Position numbers and translations under genes: made by a program. A stretch of DNA of 64,000 nt, from NCBI RefSeq assembly GCF_006345805.1, contig NC_043009.1:3286001-3350000 (forward strand), written 5' to 3'. Numbering within the stretch: the stretch's first letter is position 1; every line of letters begins with the position of its first letter. Under the pieces are notes generated by a model. The model was not told the origin of the DNA. It did no database searches and worked only from the letters and a program-made list of their open reading frames with translations. Positions 27,489-41,615 of the stretch are shown in pieces. Origin of the DNA: Octopus sinensis (taxonomy: Eukaryota).

Positions 27489-27851
27489 ATTTCGTCTGCC
27501 GTTACGTTCTGAGTTCAAATTCCGCCGAGGTCGACTTTGCCTTTCATCTTTTCGGGGTCATTTAAATAAGTACCAGTTAATCACTGGGGTCGATGTAATC
27601 GACTTAATCGCCTTGTCTGTCCTTGTTTGTCACTTCTGTGTTTAGCCCCTTGTGGGTAGTAAAGAAATAGGTATTTCGTCTGCCGTTACGTTCTGAGTTC
27701 AAATTCCGCCTAGGCCGACTTTGTCTTTCATCCTCTCGGGGTCGTTTAAATAAGTACCAGTTAATCACTGGGGTCGATGTAATCGACTTAATCCTCTTTT
27801 CTGTCCTTGTTTGTCCCCTCTATGTTTAGCCCCTTGTGGGCAATAAATAAA
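27489..27851 (+). mobile_element. Headless SINE A dimer with one 15-18-bp TSD
   Basis: TAAATAGTAATCGTCATT at 27474-27491 and 27852-27869; the 5' end and the internal junction both fall at ATTTCGTCTGCCG. Confidence 0.9.
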
Positions 27852-28069
27852 TAAATAGTAATCGTCATTATTCTGCCCTGAAAAATTTATTCCATTTATC
27901 ATAATGATCTCTGCATTGTATATATATTAACGTTAACTTAACAATGCTAATTTTAACAATTGTTATGTTTGCAACGTTCAGAGAGTAGTAAATACTTTTA
28001 CACTGTTGCGTATTGACATCTCAACATGCGAAGGACAAACCTTCCTGACATTGGTTTACAATTTTGTCA

Positions 28070-28600
28070 CAAAACCAGCAATTTTGGAAGAGGGCGGAAG
28101 TCGATTACATGGACACCAATCCTCAACTGGTACTTCTTTTATCTATCCCAAAAGGGACGAACGCCAAAATCTGCATCGACGGGATTTTGAACTCGGAACG
28201 TAACGTCAGACGAAATGTTGCTGAGCATTTTTTTCCGGAACGGTTGCCTCAATTTTTCACAATATCAGTTCACAATGTTGGTGCATCCCAGGAATTCGAG
28301 GAAATTACATCGACTTAAGTGCTCAACTGCCATTAATTTTATCGACTGCGAAAGGGGCGAAAGGCAAAATTGTCCTAGGGGAAATTTGAACCCAGAATGT
28401 AAAAACGAGCGAAATGCCGATCAATATTTTGTCTGGTGTAAGGCGGCGACGTGGCAGAAGTGTTACCAAGCCGGGCGAAATGCTTAGCAGTATTTCGTTT
28501 GTCTTTATATACTATGTCCAAATTCGGCCAAGGTTGACTTTACATTTCATCCTTTCGGGGTCGATAAATCAAGTACCAGTTGCATACTAGGGTCGATATA
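28070..28600. mobile_element. Cluster of three diverged SINE A copies (two minus, one plus)
   Basis: GAACTCGGAACG (28190), GAACCCAGAATG (28388) and CGGCCAAGGTTGACTTTAC..TTTCGGGGTCGATAAA (28525); the last runs into a TA expansion at its TCGATATA. Confidence 0.65.
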
Positions 28601-28700
28601 TATATATATATATATCGAAAAAGGAGGCAATCAGAATTCTGGATAATTCTTTTTAGCGCTTTCTTTCGTTTATCGAACACGTAAAGACAAGAACTAAAAG

Positions 28701-28731
<31 letters not shown>

Positions 28732-29537
28732 TGTATGTATGTATGTATGTATGAATGTATGTATGTATGTATGTATGTATGTATGTATGTATGAATGTAT
28801 GTATGTGTGTATGTATGTATGTATGTGTGTATGTATGTACGTACAGGTATGCAAAATAGGTAAGCAGACATTTAAATGATAGGAAATTATTTCTACCAGA
28901 GTTACTAAATTTTAAGGCTAGGGAATCAGTACCATTTCACTTGCTCTGTTAGATAGCGACGCTGAATCTTAATGCAGTGGGGCTTCATTAAATGAAACTC
29001 CTCCAACTTAGAAAATCTATGTCGAGGTACATTAGAAAAGAGAGGATTGTCACTTTCCTAACGTATCTTCTATGCCTGGTTAATCTTGGCTCACCTGCAG
29101 AGAAGGAATAAAAAAGAAATACAAAATAAGTCATTCTAATGGCAAAGTATGGAAGCAAAATATTAGCAACATAGATAGTATAACAGTAGCACAGTTATAT
29201 TAGTGAAATAAATATGTCACAATTGTTATGCTTTATTGAACAGCATTAATTATAGTCGAAAAGAAGATGGACATAGAAAACATAACAAGAAAAATGGCCG
29301 CTGTCACTCTAGATTTTGGTGACCTGGTAGCCTCATAAACGCTTTTTCAACAAATAGTGCTACATTAAAAAAAACTGTTTCACTCATATTTTTCGCGTTC
29401 CCCATTTCTCACTCGACCCGCATTTCCCACTACTTTGAACGTAGATAACGTATATATATATATATATATATATATTATATTATATATATATACATGTATA
29501 TGTATATATATATATCAATGTATATGTATATATATAT

Positions 29538-29618
<81 letters not shown>

Positions 29619-30215
29619 ATACACACATATGTTTATTTATATATACACATAGACATGTGTATATATACATATATATGCATATATATATATATGTATATTT
29701 ACATGCACATTTATTTATACACTCACATACTCACACATACATCTATATATGCATAAACGTTGTTATTTACAAACATCTTTCTGTACATATATAGAGAGAA
29801 CTACATGAAAGCATTACTTTAATATGATCATATTCTCGTACGTATCAGTTGGCATCTGCCTGTATGTGTGCTCATCTCCAATCTTTATGACAGATGTCTA
29901 TGCTTTACTGAGTATACGAACGTATGATTATATTATTTCATATTACGTTCGCTGTGTTTAACACGTCTGCTTGTGGATGTGAATGTATATATCTGTAAAT
30001 GTGCATTTATTTGTGAAAATTGTCTCTCTGGTCAAAGGTGTTTTGTTGAAGCTTTTCACTCTTTGTGAGCTGATTTTTATGTGTTAACATATATTTCTTC
30101 CTAGAAGTGAGCATTTGTTATCTTATCTGCGTGTATATCTGTCATGTGTGTGTGTAATTCTAACTGTACATTCGAATGTAAGAGTCTGTGCTTCTGCGTA
30201 TCTGTACTTAAATGA

Positions 30216-30267
<52 letters not shown>

Positions 30268-30721
30268 GCATATGTTTCTCTATATGTGTGAGCGCGTGTA
30301 TTTATGTGTTGTGTGTGTGAGTGTGTGTTTGTTTGTTTGTTTTTGTTTCTGTGTTTTGCTATTTTCCGAATATATGATTCAACATTAAATCGTTACGGAA
30401 ATAATTACCAGTTTGTAATTTTGAAAAATTCATCCACTTTGTCTAAAAAGTAATTTCTTAATGCGTGATAATCGATGGTAAGGAGGGGGAGGAGGGGGTA
30501 ACAGGTTGGCGGTATCGTTAGAACATCGCTTCAAAAACCGTACATCATTTGCCGCTTCTTGTTACTTTAAGAGTTCAATTACTACCGAGAATAACTTGCC
30601 ATCCAGCATTTCGGTGTAGATAAAAAAAAATGCTACCGGTAAAATACGGTGGAAGATGTTGATCACAAGTAATCAATTTAGACCACTGGCTAAGTTCAAG
30701 TATAAAAGGTGTAAAATAACG

Positions 30722-30877
30722 GTTTCAAATTTTGCCACAAGGGCAGTACTTTAAGGGGAGGGGACGAATCGATAATATTGACCCAGTGTTCAACTGGTAC
30801 TTTTTTTATCGACCACGAATGGATGAAAGGCAAAGTCGATCTTGGCGGAATTTGAACACAGAACGTACGACGGGCGA
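30722..30877 (-). mobile_element. SINE A2 fragment
   Basis: GACCCAGTGTTCAACTGGTAC..GGATGAAAGGCAAAGTCGA..GGCGGAATTTGAAC. Confidence 0.75.
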
Positions 30878-31655
30878 AAAAGAAAAGGTGTCAAATAATG
30901 ACCAGAAAGACTTTGCGATGCAACCCATTATGGAAAAGAAAAAAAAATGTAATTAAAATCTGCCAGGGACGAGCTGATATGAAGAACTGGAGGCAAACGA
31001 AGATGAATAAGATGAAGGAATGGGCGATTCAGAATTATAACGAACGGAGAAATTGTGACGACAACAAAAGAGCAAAATAGTTAAATAAATAAACAAAGAA
31101 ATAGATAAAAATTAAAATGCGACCATGCACTCAAAGACACACATATTAATATGTAATACACATGCGTATGAGAAACATACACATGTATGTGTTGGTGTTT
31201 GTAGAGTGTGTGTGTTTGTGGGGCTATGTAAATATGTAAATATATATGTATACGTGTGTATATGTGTATGAACATATATGTGAAATTATATATATACTCA
31301 TACACAAACACACACACACATATATATACATACATATGTATATACACACATACAATATGCCTGTGTATGTGCATACCGTTGCGTGTTGATTGCTTGTTAA
31401 TCCACTCACTTTGAACAGAAAGTTTGTGAGGTCAAATAAGGGCGAAGACAGTTTTTAATCAGCGTATGATTATCTTAGCGATATCAAGAAATTAATTAAA
31501 TCAATAGCAGTAAAAGAGATTACGGGTTACTAAGAACCAATAACATGACGAAAGATAAAGTAGTAATTGGTAAATTAAGTTCGAATGAGGAGGAGTAGGA
31601 GAAGGAGTGAGAGTTAGATTAAATAGCAATGCAGCTGTGTTTCAATAGATAGAGG

Positions 31656-31731
<76 letters not shown>

Positions 31732-31966
31732 CATATGCATATGTGTGTGTGTGGTGTGTGTGTGTGTAGATATAGATAGATAGACAGAGAGAATGACAGA
31801 TAGACAGGTAGACAGACAGGTAGATAGACAGACAGAGAGATAGGGAGATGTACAGGCAGACAGACGGATTGATAGGTAGTTATAGATCGTTTTAGGGAGA
31901 GAAACACTAGACCGCGAGATAGAGTGACGATCAATAGATATATAGGTAGAAAGATAGATAGATAGA

Positions 31967-32196
31967 AAGCGGTGAACTGGCAGAAACGTTAGCACGCCGG
32001 GCGAAATGCTTAGCAGTATTTCGTCTGCCGTTATGTTCTGAGTTCAAATTTCGTCGAGGTCGACTTTGCCTTTCATCATTTCGGGGTCGACAATTCAAGT
32101 ACCAGTTACGCACTGAAGTCGATCTCATCGATTTAATCCCTTTGTCTGTCATTGTTTGTCCCCTTTATGTTTAGCCCATTGTGGTCAATAAAAAAT
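31967..32196 (+). mobile_element. SINE family A1
   Basis: Full head-to-tail match to 260-490. Confidence 0.88.
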
Positions 32197-33143
32197 CAGA
32201 AAGATAGATAGACTGGAAGATAGATAGATAAATAGATAGATACAAATCTAGAAAGGCAAGCAGGTATATAACGTCAAAGTCTCAGAATAAATAACTAAAA
32301 TAAACTGGCACACACATACGCACATTCACATAAAGGATATATATATATTATTATATATATATATATATATATATCTATATATAATATATATGTTAATAAA
32401 ATAGAACATATGCATATATATAACATATATGTACGTACCTACCTCTACATGTACATATACACGCATATATGAGTACAGGACACCAAAAGACGTCGAACAC
32501 ATAGAGAGACGAAAAACATAGACACAAACCAAGGAACAAGACAAGCAAAAAAAAAGGAGAGATACAGGACAATAAGCACAACGAAAAATCCCCTTCTTCA
32601 GTCGCTAAGGTTTCATCTACTCTACGTTTCGAAGGATAAAAGCGAGACGTATACTTCGAAGAAACTTCCTTCCCGCGAAAAGCAAATCAATTAAAATTCT
32701 GAGATCTTTTCGCAGAGGGGTAAAAAAAAAAGCAGGACGGTAACGACAGTACAAACATATAAACAGTAAAAATATATATATATAAACAGTGGAAAAATAA
32801 ATATATAACAGTGAGAGACAGGACAAGGAGAACAAGATAAGAAGGGCTGTTAACGCCAATATATATATATATACATGTGTGCGTTTGCGTGTTTGCGTGT
32901 GTTTGTAGACGACGTGAAGACATTGCTAGAAATAAGTTTAAAGATGCCCAAATACATTAGGAAAAGTATATAAATATATACATATCTGGTCATAGGGGCT
33001 GCATTACAGTTTGTTAGTTGTTGCTTCTTGCAATGTATTTGTCTTGACAATCTTAGTCATGTTTAATGACAATTATATTTTTCCCTTGTGACATCGCATT
33101 ACAAATGGCAGTTTATATTAATATTTATAGTATATATACATAC

Positions 33144-33169
<26 letters not shown>

Positions 33170-33177
<8 letters not shown>

Positions 33178-33329
33178 AGCGGGTGTGTGGGAAGTAGTTT
33201 CTTTACTAAACACATGATTCCGAGTGCGTGGAACTTTGCGTGTCTTCTACTCTAGTCTCGGGCTGACCAAAGACTTGTGAGTGGATTTGGTAGAGGAAAC
33301 TGAAAGAAGCCTGTCGTATATATGTATAC

Positions 33330-33364
<35 letters not shown>

Positions 33365-33373
33365 TGTGTGTGT

Positions 33374-33409
<36 letters not shown>

Positions 33410-33608
33410 TGTGTCTGTGTCTGTTCCACGAACATTACTTGACAACCGATACTGGTGTGTTTACGTCTACGTAAATTAGAGGTTCGGCAAAAGAAAGCGA
33501 TAGAATAAGTACTAGGGTTACAAGGAATAAGTCATGATGTCGATTTGCTCGACGAAAGGGGCTGCTCTAGTGTGGCCACAGAGTGAAACAAGTAAAATAG
33601 TAAAGAGA
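33170..33608 (+). mobile_element. SINE family B, diverged
   Basis: CGGGCTGACCAAAGACTTGTGAGTGGATTTGG..TGACAACCGATACTGGTGTGTTTACG..GAAACAAGTAAAA. Confidence 0.8.
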
Positions 33609-33644
33609 ATATTATATATATATATATATTATATATATATATAT

Positions 33645-33682
<38 letters not shown>

Positions 33683-33831
33683 TAGATAGATAGATATATA
33701 TATATATATATAGATGTGTCGAATCTATTGTCGTTATCAATAATACATTTTCGCATATTCCTTCTTCCGTCTGTCATTTGAAACAGATATGTGTATGTGT
33801 ATAACACATACGCTCATATAAATAGATAGAG

Positions 33832-33924
<93 letters not shown>

Positions 33925-35589
33925 CAGATTGATGGATCGATAGATGAATGGATGGGTGTTTCGATGGAAACATGGATAAGGCGACAGCAAATACATGCTA
34001 AGAGTAAATGATAGTGCGAAGTGATATGCATGTTGCGTGTATATTACGCAGCGTGATTATTCGCGTGTCCTTATGAAAACGTGCGTGTATGTGAGAGATG
34101 TTGTGTGAAATAAAGCGAGCATTTATAATGTTGAAAATTATATAATATAAATAATATAAATAGGAAACAGTGGAAGATGATACGGTAAAACTGTGCGAGA
34201 GAGATGTAAGAGACCAAGGGAAAAACGGAGATGAAATGGCAAATGGGAGAGAGAGAGAGAGGAGATAGAGAGAGAGAGAGAGGAGGGTGCGATAGGAAGA
34301 GGGAGGAAGGAGGGAGAGTCAGAGACGCATAAATATGACGAGCTTGATCTCAGATAAATTTTGCAGCAGGGTGTGAAAGAATGAATTTACGAATATGAGG
34401 GTAGCTTGTGTGTATCACCAGTGTGGTTGAAACGCTTGCTTGTGTGTGTATGCGTGCGTGTGCACGTGCGAATGTGTGTGTGTGTGTGTGTACGTGTGTG
34501 CATGTGCGAGTGTATAAGTATGCAGGCGTGTGTGTTTGTGTGTCATTGTGTGTGCCTGTATCATTTTGAGAGATCTCCCAAACGAGATAAAATTAAGGGT
34601 GGTGATGGTGTGTGTGTGTGTGTATGTATGTGCCGGCGTGTGTGTGTCAGTGATTGCGTGTGAGTGTGTACCTGGTTAGAAGATCTCCCAAACGAGATAA
34701 ATTTAAGGCTTCTCTATCGATACATCTATATATTTTAGCGTGTTGTGGTGTATGTGTGCGTGTCTACGTGTCTCTGTGTATACAGGGGAACTGAAGAAGA
34801 AGAAAGAGAGAGGTTCATTGAAGGAAGTACAGAGGGATATATATGTGAGCATGTTGAATGTCTGTGTGTGCATAAAGAGACTGAAAAAGGAGAGACGGAA
34901 AGGCACAAAGAAAGAAGGAACCTGAGAAAGGGAGGTTATAGAGAAAAAATGGCGACGGAAGATATAAGGAGAGAATAAGGAAGGAAGAGAGAAAAAGAAA
35001 AAAAAAACAAGAAGGGAGAAGTATGCAGGATGTAAAGTGAAAGTTAGAGATAATTCAAAAGGAGATTAAAACGGGAGATCGACGGTAAATTGAAACATTT
35101 GATGCGACATATGTAAAGAATATACAAGTCAGGAAAAAATAGAAGAGTTAAAATTCCGTTATGAACGGATGTATGTGTTAAAGAATGATCGATAACGAAA
35201 TGGAAAGTAAACGGGGAGTGACTGATAAAGAAGCAATGAGAGGTAACGTGGTGAACAAGGAAACGAGATAGGATGAGATAGGATGAGATTGGATAATTGT
35301 CGAAGAATGGGATACAGAAAGAAGTTTTCCACACACTTTGGTGCACACTGGTTTATAAGTGGTGTGTGTGTGTGTGTGTCTGTGTGTGTTTGAATTATTG
35401 TGTGTACGTATTTATTTACTACATATTTATGTATCTATGTATGTATAGACATAATGCACACTTATGTTTACCTTGCAGTTTTAAAGAATCCAACAAGTTT
35501 TCCTGATTTTTAACCTTATCTCGTGGGGCAATAACGTTGGGAGTTTGCTGCTTTTAATACATACAGACAAACAGCGAAGCAGATAGATA

Positions 35590-35795
35590 GATAGATCGTT
35601 AACCACTACACACATTTTTTCTCTCCTTTTATCTCTCCTTGTTTCTCTCCTTGTTTTTTCTGTGTCCCTTTCTGTAGAAGAGCGTAAGCTCGAAACGTAA
35701 AAGACTTTTTCTATTCCTGAGTGTTATACTAATACATCTGTTTGTTTTGTACACCACCTGTCTTCGTCTTTTGTTTTATTCGTTAAATATATATA
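35590..35795 (+). mobile_element. PLE-pLTR-like subfamily P1 with variant hammerhead core
   Basis: CTTT-CTGTAGA-A-GAGC-GTAA-GCTC-GAAAC-GTA-AAAG at 35668-35703; bounded by (GATA)n and (TA)n. Confidence 0.6.
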
Positions 35796-35797
35796 TA

Positions 35798-35867
<70 letters not shown>

Positions 35868-35873
35868 AGATAA

Positions 35874-35914
<41 letters not shown>

Positions 35915-35942
35915 GAGATAGATATATAGATATAGATGATAG

Positions 35943-35979
<37 letters not shown>

Positions 35980-36182
35980 TTTAGATAGATAGATAGATTT
36001 AGTGGCAGATACAAAGCTAGATAGACAAGCAGGTATATACAGTCAAAGACTATGAATAAATAACTAAAATAAAGTGGCACACACATACACACATTCAGGA
36101 TATATATAAAGGATATACATATATATACTGTAATGGGTCAGATTTGCAAATAAGTCCACAGAGTAGCACACATATATAAATA

Positions 36183-36498
36183 GTGGAGGCACATGGGCTA
36201 GTGGTTAGAGCAGTGGACTAGCGGTCGAGGGATCGCGGGTTCGAATCTCAGACCGGGCGATGTGTGTGTTTATGAGCGAAACACCTAAGCTCAACGCGGC
36301 TCCGACAGAAGGTAATGGCGAAATTCTGCTGAATCTTTCGCCACACTTTTCTCTCACTCTTTCCTCCTGTACCTTGCAACTCACCTGTGATGGACTGGCG
36401 TCCCGCCCAGGTGGGGAACCTATAGGCCAAGGGAGCCGGGAAACCGGCCCTTATGAACCAGGCATGGCTCGAGAAGGAACAAACAAAAAAACAAAAAA
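36183..36498 (+). mobile_element. tRNA-derived SINE family C
   Basis: GGCACATGGGCTAGTGGTTAGAGC..GGGTTCGAATCTC (A/B boxes); CTGTGATGGACTGGCGTCCCG block resembles V-SINE-type domains; CAAA tail. Confidence 0.85.
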
Positions 36499-36499
36499 G

Positions 36500-36531
<32 letters not shown>

Positions 36532-36639
36532 GTATACATACATAAAAGTAAAAGCTTCTTCACCCTTTATATTTGCCTGTCCTTGTTTGTCTCCTCTCTG
36601 TAATGCCTGTATGGCAAATCTACATGAAATAAAGAAGCT

Positions 36640-36779
36640 TGCTTCGCCACTACATACCCCTGGATTGGCGCCCTGCTCAAGCGTCTTCTACTATAACCTA
36701 AGGACGACTAAAGCCCTGTCAGTGGATTGTAGACGCAAACTGAAAGAAGCCCGTCGTATATACATACATACACACACAA

Positions 36780-36812
<33 letters not shown>

Positions 36813-37060
36813 CACACATACACACACATATATATGTATATATATGTATGCATATATCTATGTTTGTTTGTATGTGTCGGTGTTTGTTTCCCACCACCGT
36901 TTGACAACCTGTGTTGGTGTGTTTACAACCACCGTATCTTAGCGGTTCAGTGAAGGATACCGATAGAATAAGTAGTAGGCTTAAAAACAAAAGAAGCCCT
37001 GCAGTCATTTTGTTTGGCTAACAGAATACCCTGCCAGGCGATGCTCCAGCATGGATACAG
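36640..37060 (+). mobile_element. SINE family B, degenerate
   Basis: AACTGAAAGAAGCCCGTCGTATA, internal CA tract, TGACAACC..GGTGTGTTTAC..GATAGAATAAGTA..CTCCAGCATGG. Confidence 0.7.
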
Positions 37061-37299
37061 ACAAAGGGAGCAGACAAAGTGACGATAAAAGACCTATCTG
37101 CGATCGTGTCATAATATTTGCCTGTTTCTGATCGTGTGTTAGGAAGTTGCGTGTTCATGTAAAAAGGGGCCGCGTACACCTCGTATGAAATGGCATCATG
37201 GAAAAATGGCGTAGTTATGGTTTTAGAGTCACTGTATCTCATACTATCGTTTGGTCATTTATTTGGAGTGCCACAGTGATTTCCTAATTAAGACTTCAC

Positions 37300-37500
37300 A
37301 GGTCTAAATGTTTGCAATCCGCACCACTCAAAGTGTAAAACAGCGGCAGCGGAGTTTTTTAAAGAAAATGAACAAGAATAAAATAAAATCTCTGAAATTA
37401 AATGCCGCAGAAAAAATAGAGATATTTGCCCAATTAGAAAGCAACGAAAATGAATGGTTTAGGATTTATGAATATCAAAGACAAATTGCAAAAGTTTGAT
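37300..37500 (+). pseudogene. Possible pogo/Tigger-like HTH N-terminal relic
   Basis: KSLKLNAAEKIEIFAQLESNE resembles the psq-type K.L..EK.EI...LE motif; short, no TIR found. Confidence 0.3.
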
Positions 37501-37845
37501 GTGCCTAGAATTAAGGATCTCTCCTTTGGTCCCTTCTTCATTACGCAACGCTGATTTTTCCTTTTATAATTCGCTGCGGCTAACTTTCATTAGCCTTTAA
37601 GTAATCCTCATGCGCTTTCCACGATATCTACATACGGTTTGCAAATAGAGATTTGCACATAAAACAGTAAAGCGTTAATAAACATAACATAGAAATATAT
37701 TTACATTTATTTTTATTGGTGCCAGTTTCAAGTATAGAACCTTGTTTTAAAGCAATCCCTAGTAATATGAACTTTGATTTTCGTAAATTGCAAACATAGG
37801 CCCACCACATTTCATCGATATCAGATGTTATGTAAGGTACGCACG

Positions 37846-38154
37846 GTGGAGGCACATGGCCTAGTGGTTAGAGCAGCGGACTCGCAGTCGAGGGATGGGG
37901 GTCCGAATCTCAGACCGGGCGATGTGTGTGTTTATGAGCGAAACACCTAAGCTCCGCGCGGCTCCGGCAGAAGGTAATGGCAAAACTTCTGCTGATTCTT
38001 TCGCCACAACGTTCTCTCACTCTTTCATGCTGCATCTTGCAGCTCAGCTGCAATGGACTGGCTTCCCGTCCAGGTAGGGAACCCATACGCCAAGAAACCG
38101 GGAAACCGGCCTTTATGAGTCAGGCATGGTTCGAGAAGGAATACACAAGCAACA
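37846..38154 (+). mobile_element. SINE family C with 12-bp TSD
   Basis: AAGGTACGCACG at 37834-37845 and 38155-38166; homologous to 36183-36498. Confidence 0.92.
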
Positions 38155-38439
38155 AAGGTACGCACGTTTCCATTTACTCACACGCATCAAATAAATATAA
38201 CACAATTCCATGGATTTCACATACCTGTTTTAAAAGAGTGTTATACATACTTCGTGCCAATGACATATACAATATGCTAGTTAATCTGTGTGATTACTAA
38301 TAAATTAGTTTTCTTTCACACTCCTACACATAACACACATATGTCGCTTGCGTACACGCGTACACACACACACGCATACACATGTATACACACATAAACG
38401 TGTGACTACCCAAAAGAAACTGGTATTTTGTAATATTAT

Positions 38440-38960
38440 TTTATTCACATAGTTTTACATGTTCACAATCTTATCACCTTTAGTGTTTTCTCCATTTGAA
38501 GTAATGCATCAGTCCAGACGCATTTTCCACTGTTCGAAGCAGTACTGGAACACGAAGTAATGCATTTTAACGCCTGCATCGTTTTTTCTTTGCCTCTTCC
38601 ACATCTGCAGACTTCGTAGCACTAGCTTTTGTCACCAATGATGACCTTCGAAAAAAGGCTCTGATCAAGTTGCAACTGTTCCTTCAGTTCTCGACACTCA
38701 TTCATGCGTGACTGCTTTTGATTTTCCGTGGGCACACGAGGTACAAATTATGCTGCAACTCATCATTCGTAATTCCTCGCTCAAAATTCGTTGGCAACAA
38801 GTCCAGGACACGCCAGTCATATCAACAAGTGTGTCAATTATTCAGTGACAGTCCTCCAGGATCTGTTCCTGAATTATCATGATGTTTATATTCGATCGGG
38901 AGGTCGATGGTCGTCCTGAACAATATTTGTCTTCAAGCGACAAGTGGCCATGCCTGAAAA
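38440..38960 (-). pseudogene. Degraded, internally deleted mariner transposase
   Basis: Minus-strand peptides EDKYCSGRPSTS, FVPRVPTENQKQSRMNECRELKEQLQLDQSLFSKVIIGD and FQYCFEQWKMRLD*CITSNGENTKGD occur in mariner order. Confidence 0.8.
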
Positions 38961-39349
38961 TCAAGCGACAAGTGACTATGCCTGAAAATTATCATCAGTG
39001 GCGATTTAAATAAGAATTTTGACTGTTATTTCCAGCAGGTAGACATACTTAGTATTGTTATATACATATATATTTACATATATATATTTGTCTGAACGGT
39101 TGAATACAGAACTATTCAAGGCTTATCCGATGGTCTGAATTGAACTATCAAAGATTCGAATAACTCTTTGTCTCGCTTACGTAAAAAAAACTCTGTATTG
39201 GATGGCCTATCACGATAAGTTCCAATTTTTTTAATTTGCAAAAGTGTAATTACAGGAATATTTTCCTGCTATTTCTTGTGGATCCTGTGACAACATATAC
39301 ACGACACCCATTAACTAACAATCCACAGCGACAAACGCATATGCGTATG

Positions 39350-39380
<31 letters not shown>

Positions 39381-39466
39381 ATGTATATATATATATATAT
39401 ATGGAGTGAGAGAGGGGGAATAAATAATATATATATTTATAATGCAAATATCTGTATATACGTTTG

Positions 39467-39516
<50 letters not shown>

Positions 39517-40117
39517 TATATTTACTTATCAGTAAAGAAAGCTATTGATTTTGTATATACCCATAATCTAGCTTGTCCTCTATAATTTTGTAATTATATC
39601 ACAGCGTATCTTCATGATCCTTTCTATCTATCATTTTTTCTGCTTTCACATCGTCCGGAGGCCACACGGTATCTTCTCATACCTATCTCTTAACATAGAA
39701 ACAATCGGAACATCATCGATATGTAAATATGTGATACACCTATGCTGATTTTATCACCAATATGCTATATTGACTATTTCGCATAGTCGAATTACTGCGC
39801 TAAGATAGATTCATTTTGCCTTCTCCGCAACAAGGCATGTCATGCTATGTAACGTTTTTTACTACATTAATTTCCCCGTAAATATATTACGTGAAGAAAA
39901 TGGAGTTGGACCCCCAGTTAACTATCGTTTAAATATCTTTCAGTATTCATTTACGCCTTTTATCTATCATTACATTGTAAATATAATCACCACTTTTCAT
40001 CTGAATTCGATACGACGCATGGCTAATTGATTTGTAGTATTTGTTCCGACGTTGAGGGCTATGCCACTGGATAAGTTTGCTCTTCGTAAGCTTGCTGCCA
40101 ATAAAAATAAACAAACG

Positions 40118-40320
40118 CAAGCCTGTCTGTGTGGTAAGCAGCCTGCTTTCCAATCACATCGTTCTGGCTTAAGTCCCACTGCGTGGAATTTTGGGCAGGT
40201 ATGTTTGTATTATGGCATGAAGCTCTAGGCGAGCAATTATTCCTTGTGAGTGGATTTGGTAGATTGAAATAAAAGTGGTGCCCTAGCATGGCTTCAGTTT
40301 AATGACTGAAACAAGTAAAT
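40118..40320 (+). mobile_element. SINE family B, internally deleted
   Basis: TGTGTGGTAAG..GTCCCACTGCGTGG..TTGTGAGTGGATTTGGTAGA joined directly to GGTGCCCTAGCATGG..ATGACTGAAACAAGTAAA. Confidence 0.7.
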
Positions 40321-41578
40321 GATAGATTTAAAAATCCACTGAATTAAATTGGCAGGTTTCTTAGAACAAAGGATGCGAGTATTCGGGCAGGTACTTCCTT
40401 TCGATTCGGCTATTTTGACTGAGGATAGCACCAACCCTCCTTTTAGCCAGTTTCAAAGTCTTGGGAAAATAATATCCAGTGTTCGAGATTATTCTTCCTT
40501 CAACAAGTGATGAAGAATAAATTCATATATATCAGATTTTGCCTTTGATTGGCGCGAATCGAGTTCATGTGAGCGAGTTTATATTCAAGGTTGTGTTACC
40601 TCACAAAATCCTATCTTTAACCATTGTATTTAGAACTATGGTATCTGATAAGCTCTTTGTTTTCACTGATATTAAAGTAAGATTTTCTAAAGAGCTTGAG
40701 AGTAATTTAGGTGTTAGCTCCGAAATGAAACTCACATCATCCAACAAAATCTACACTTAATTAAAAATACGAATTCTTCTGTCTACTTTCAACGCAAATC
40801 TCATAATACTCTTATTCAATTCCTTGCTTTTTTTTTTACGGAATAAGGAATTTCTAGATTTTCTGCGATTCGAACTATAAACAGTGTGTGACCCGTCTTC
40901 ATAATGTTATACGATTTAATCCAGCGCTTTAACAGACACAATGTTCATATCCACTGAATATAGTCTCGTCAATCATAGATTGCTTTAAACAGAACACAGA
41001 ACAGAACACTGTTTTCATATTTACAGAGATCGCAGGTTCCCATTCTTATTTCGCCACTAAACACAAATAGTGGAAGAAGAAATTTATAAAACTAAACCTG
41101 TTGAATCATTTATGCTCACTGAGAATTATTCATTCAATAAAATGTTCGTCTTCTGTAGAAACTGAAAAACAATTGTCGCAGTTCTTAATTTCTAAACACA
41201 GTGTAAACAATTGATAGAACATACAGAAAGCCCGAGGGAATTTATCATGTTCAATTTAAATTATATTCAGCCGATGCGTTGTTATTAAATATTAATCTTT
41301 CTGTCCTTCGCCCTCTCATCCTCCTCCTATCCCTCTCTGTGTATACATATAAATAGACTTACCCCCACCACATTTATATGGGTTTTATGTGTACGTGAGC
41401 GGGAATGTGTATGTAGACATGCATGCATACTATAGTAGCCAAGGCACATATGAGCGTCTGCCTGTATGCGTATACATTTATATGTACGTGTTTATGTAAA
41501 CAAAACCAAATATATAGCTGTACGCACATGTGTATGGATATATAAGAGAAAGTAATTATATATGAGTAGGTATTTGTT

Positions 41579-41614
<36 letters not shown>

Positions 41615-41615
<1 letters not shown>

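Noticed and set aside
32585-32660. GAAAC-GUA and CUGAAGA on the minus strand
   Set aside because: The order would need a type II topology, but stems I and II do not close; possibly a PLE-related relic, not called.
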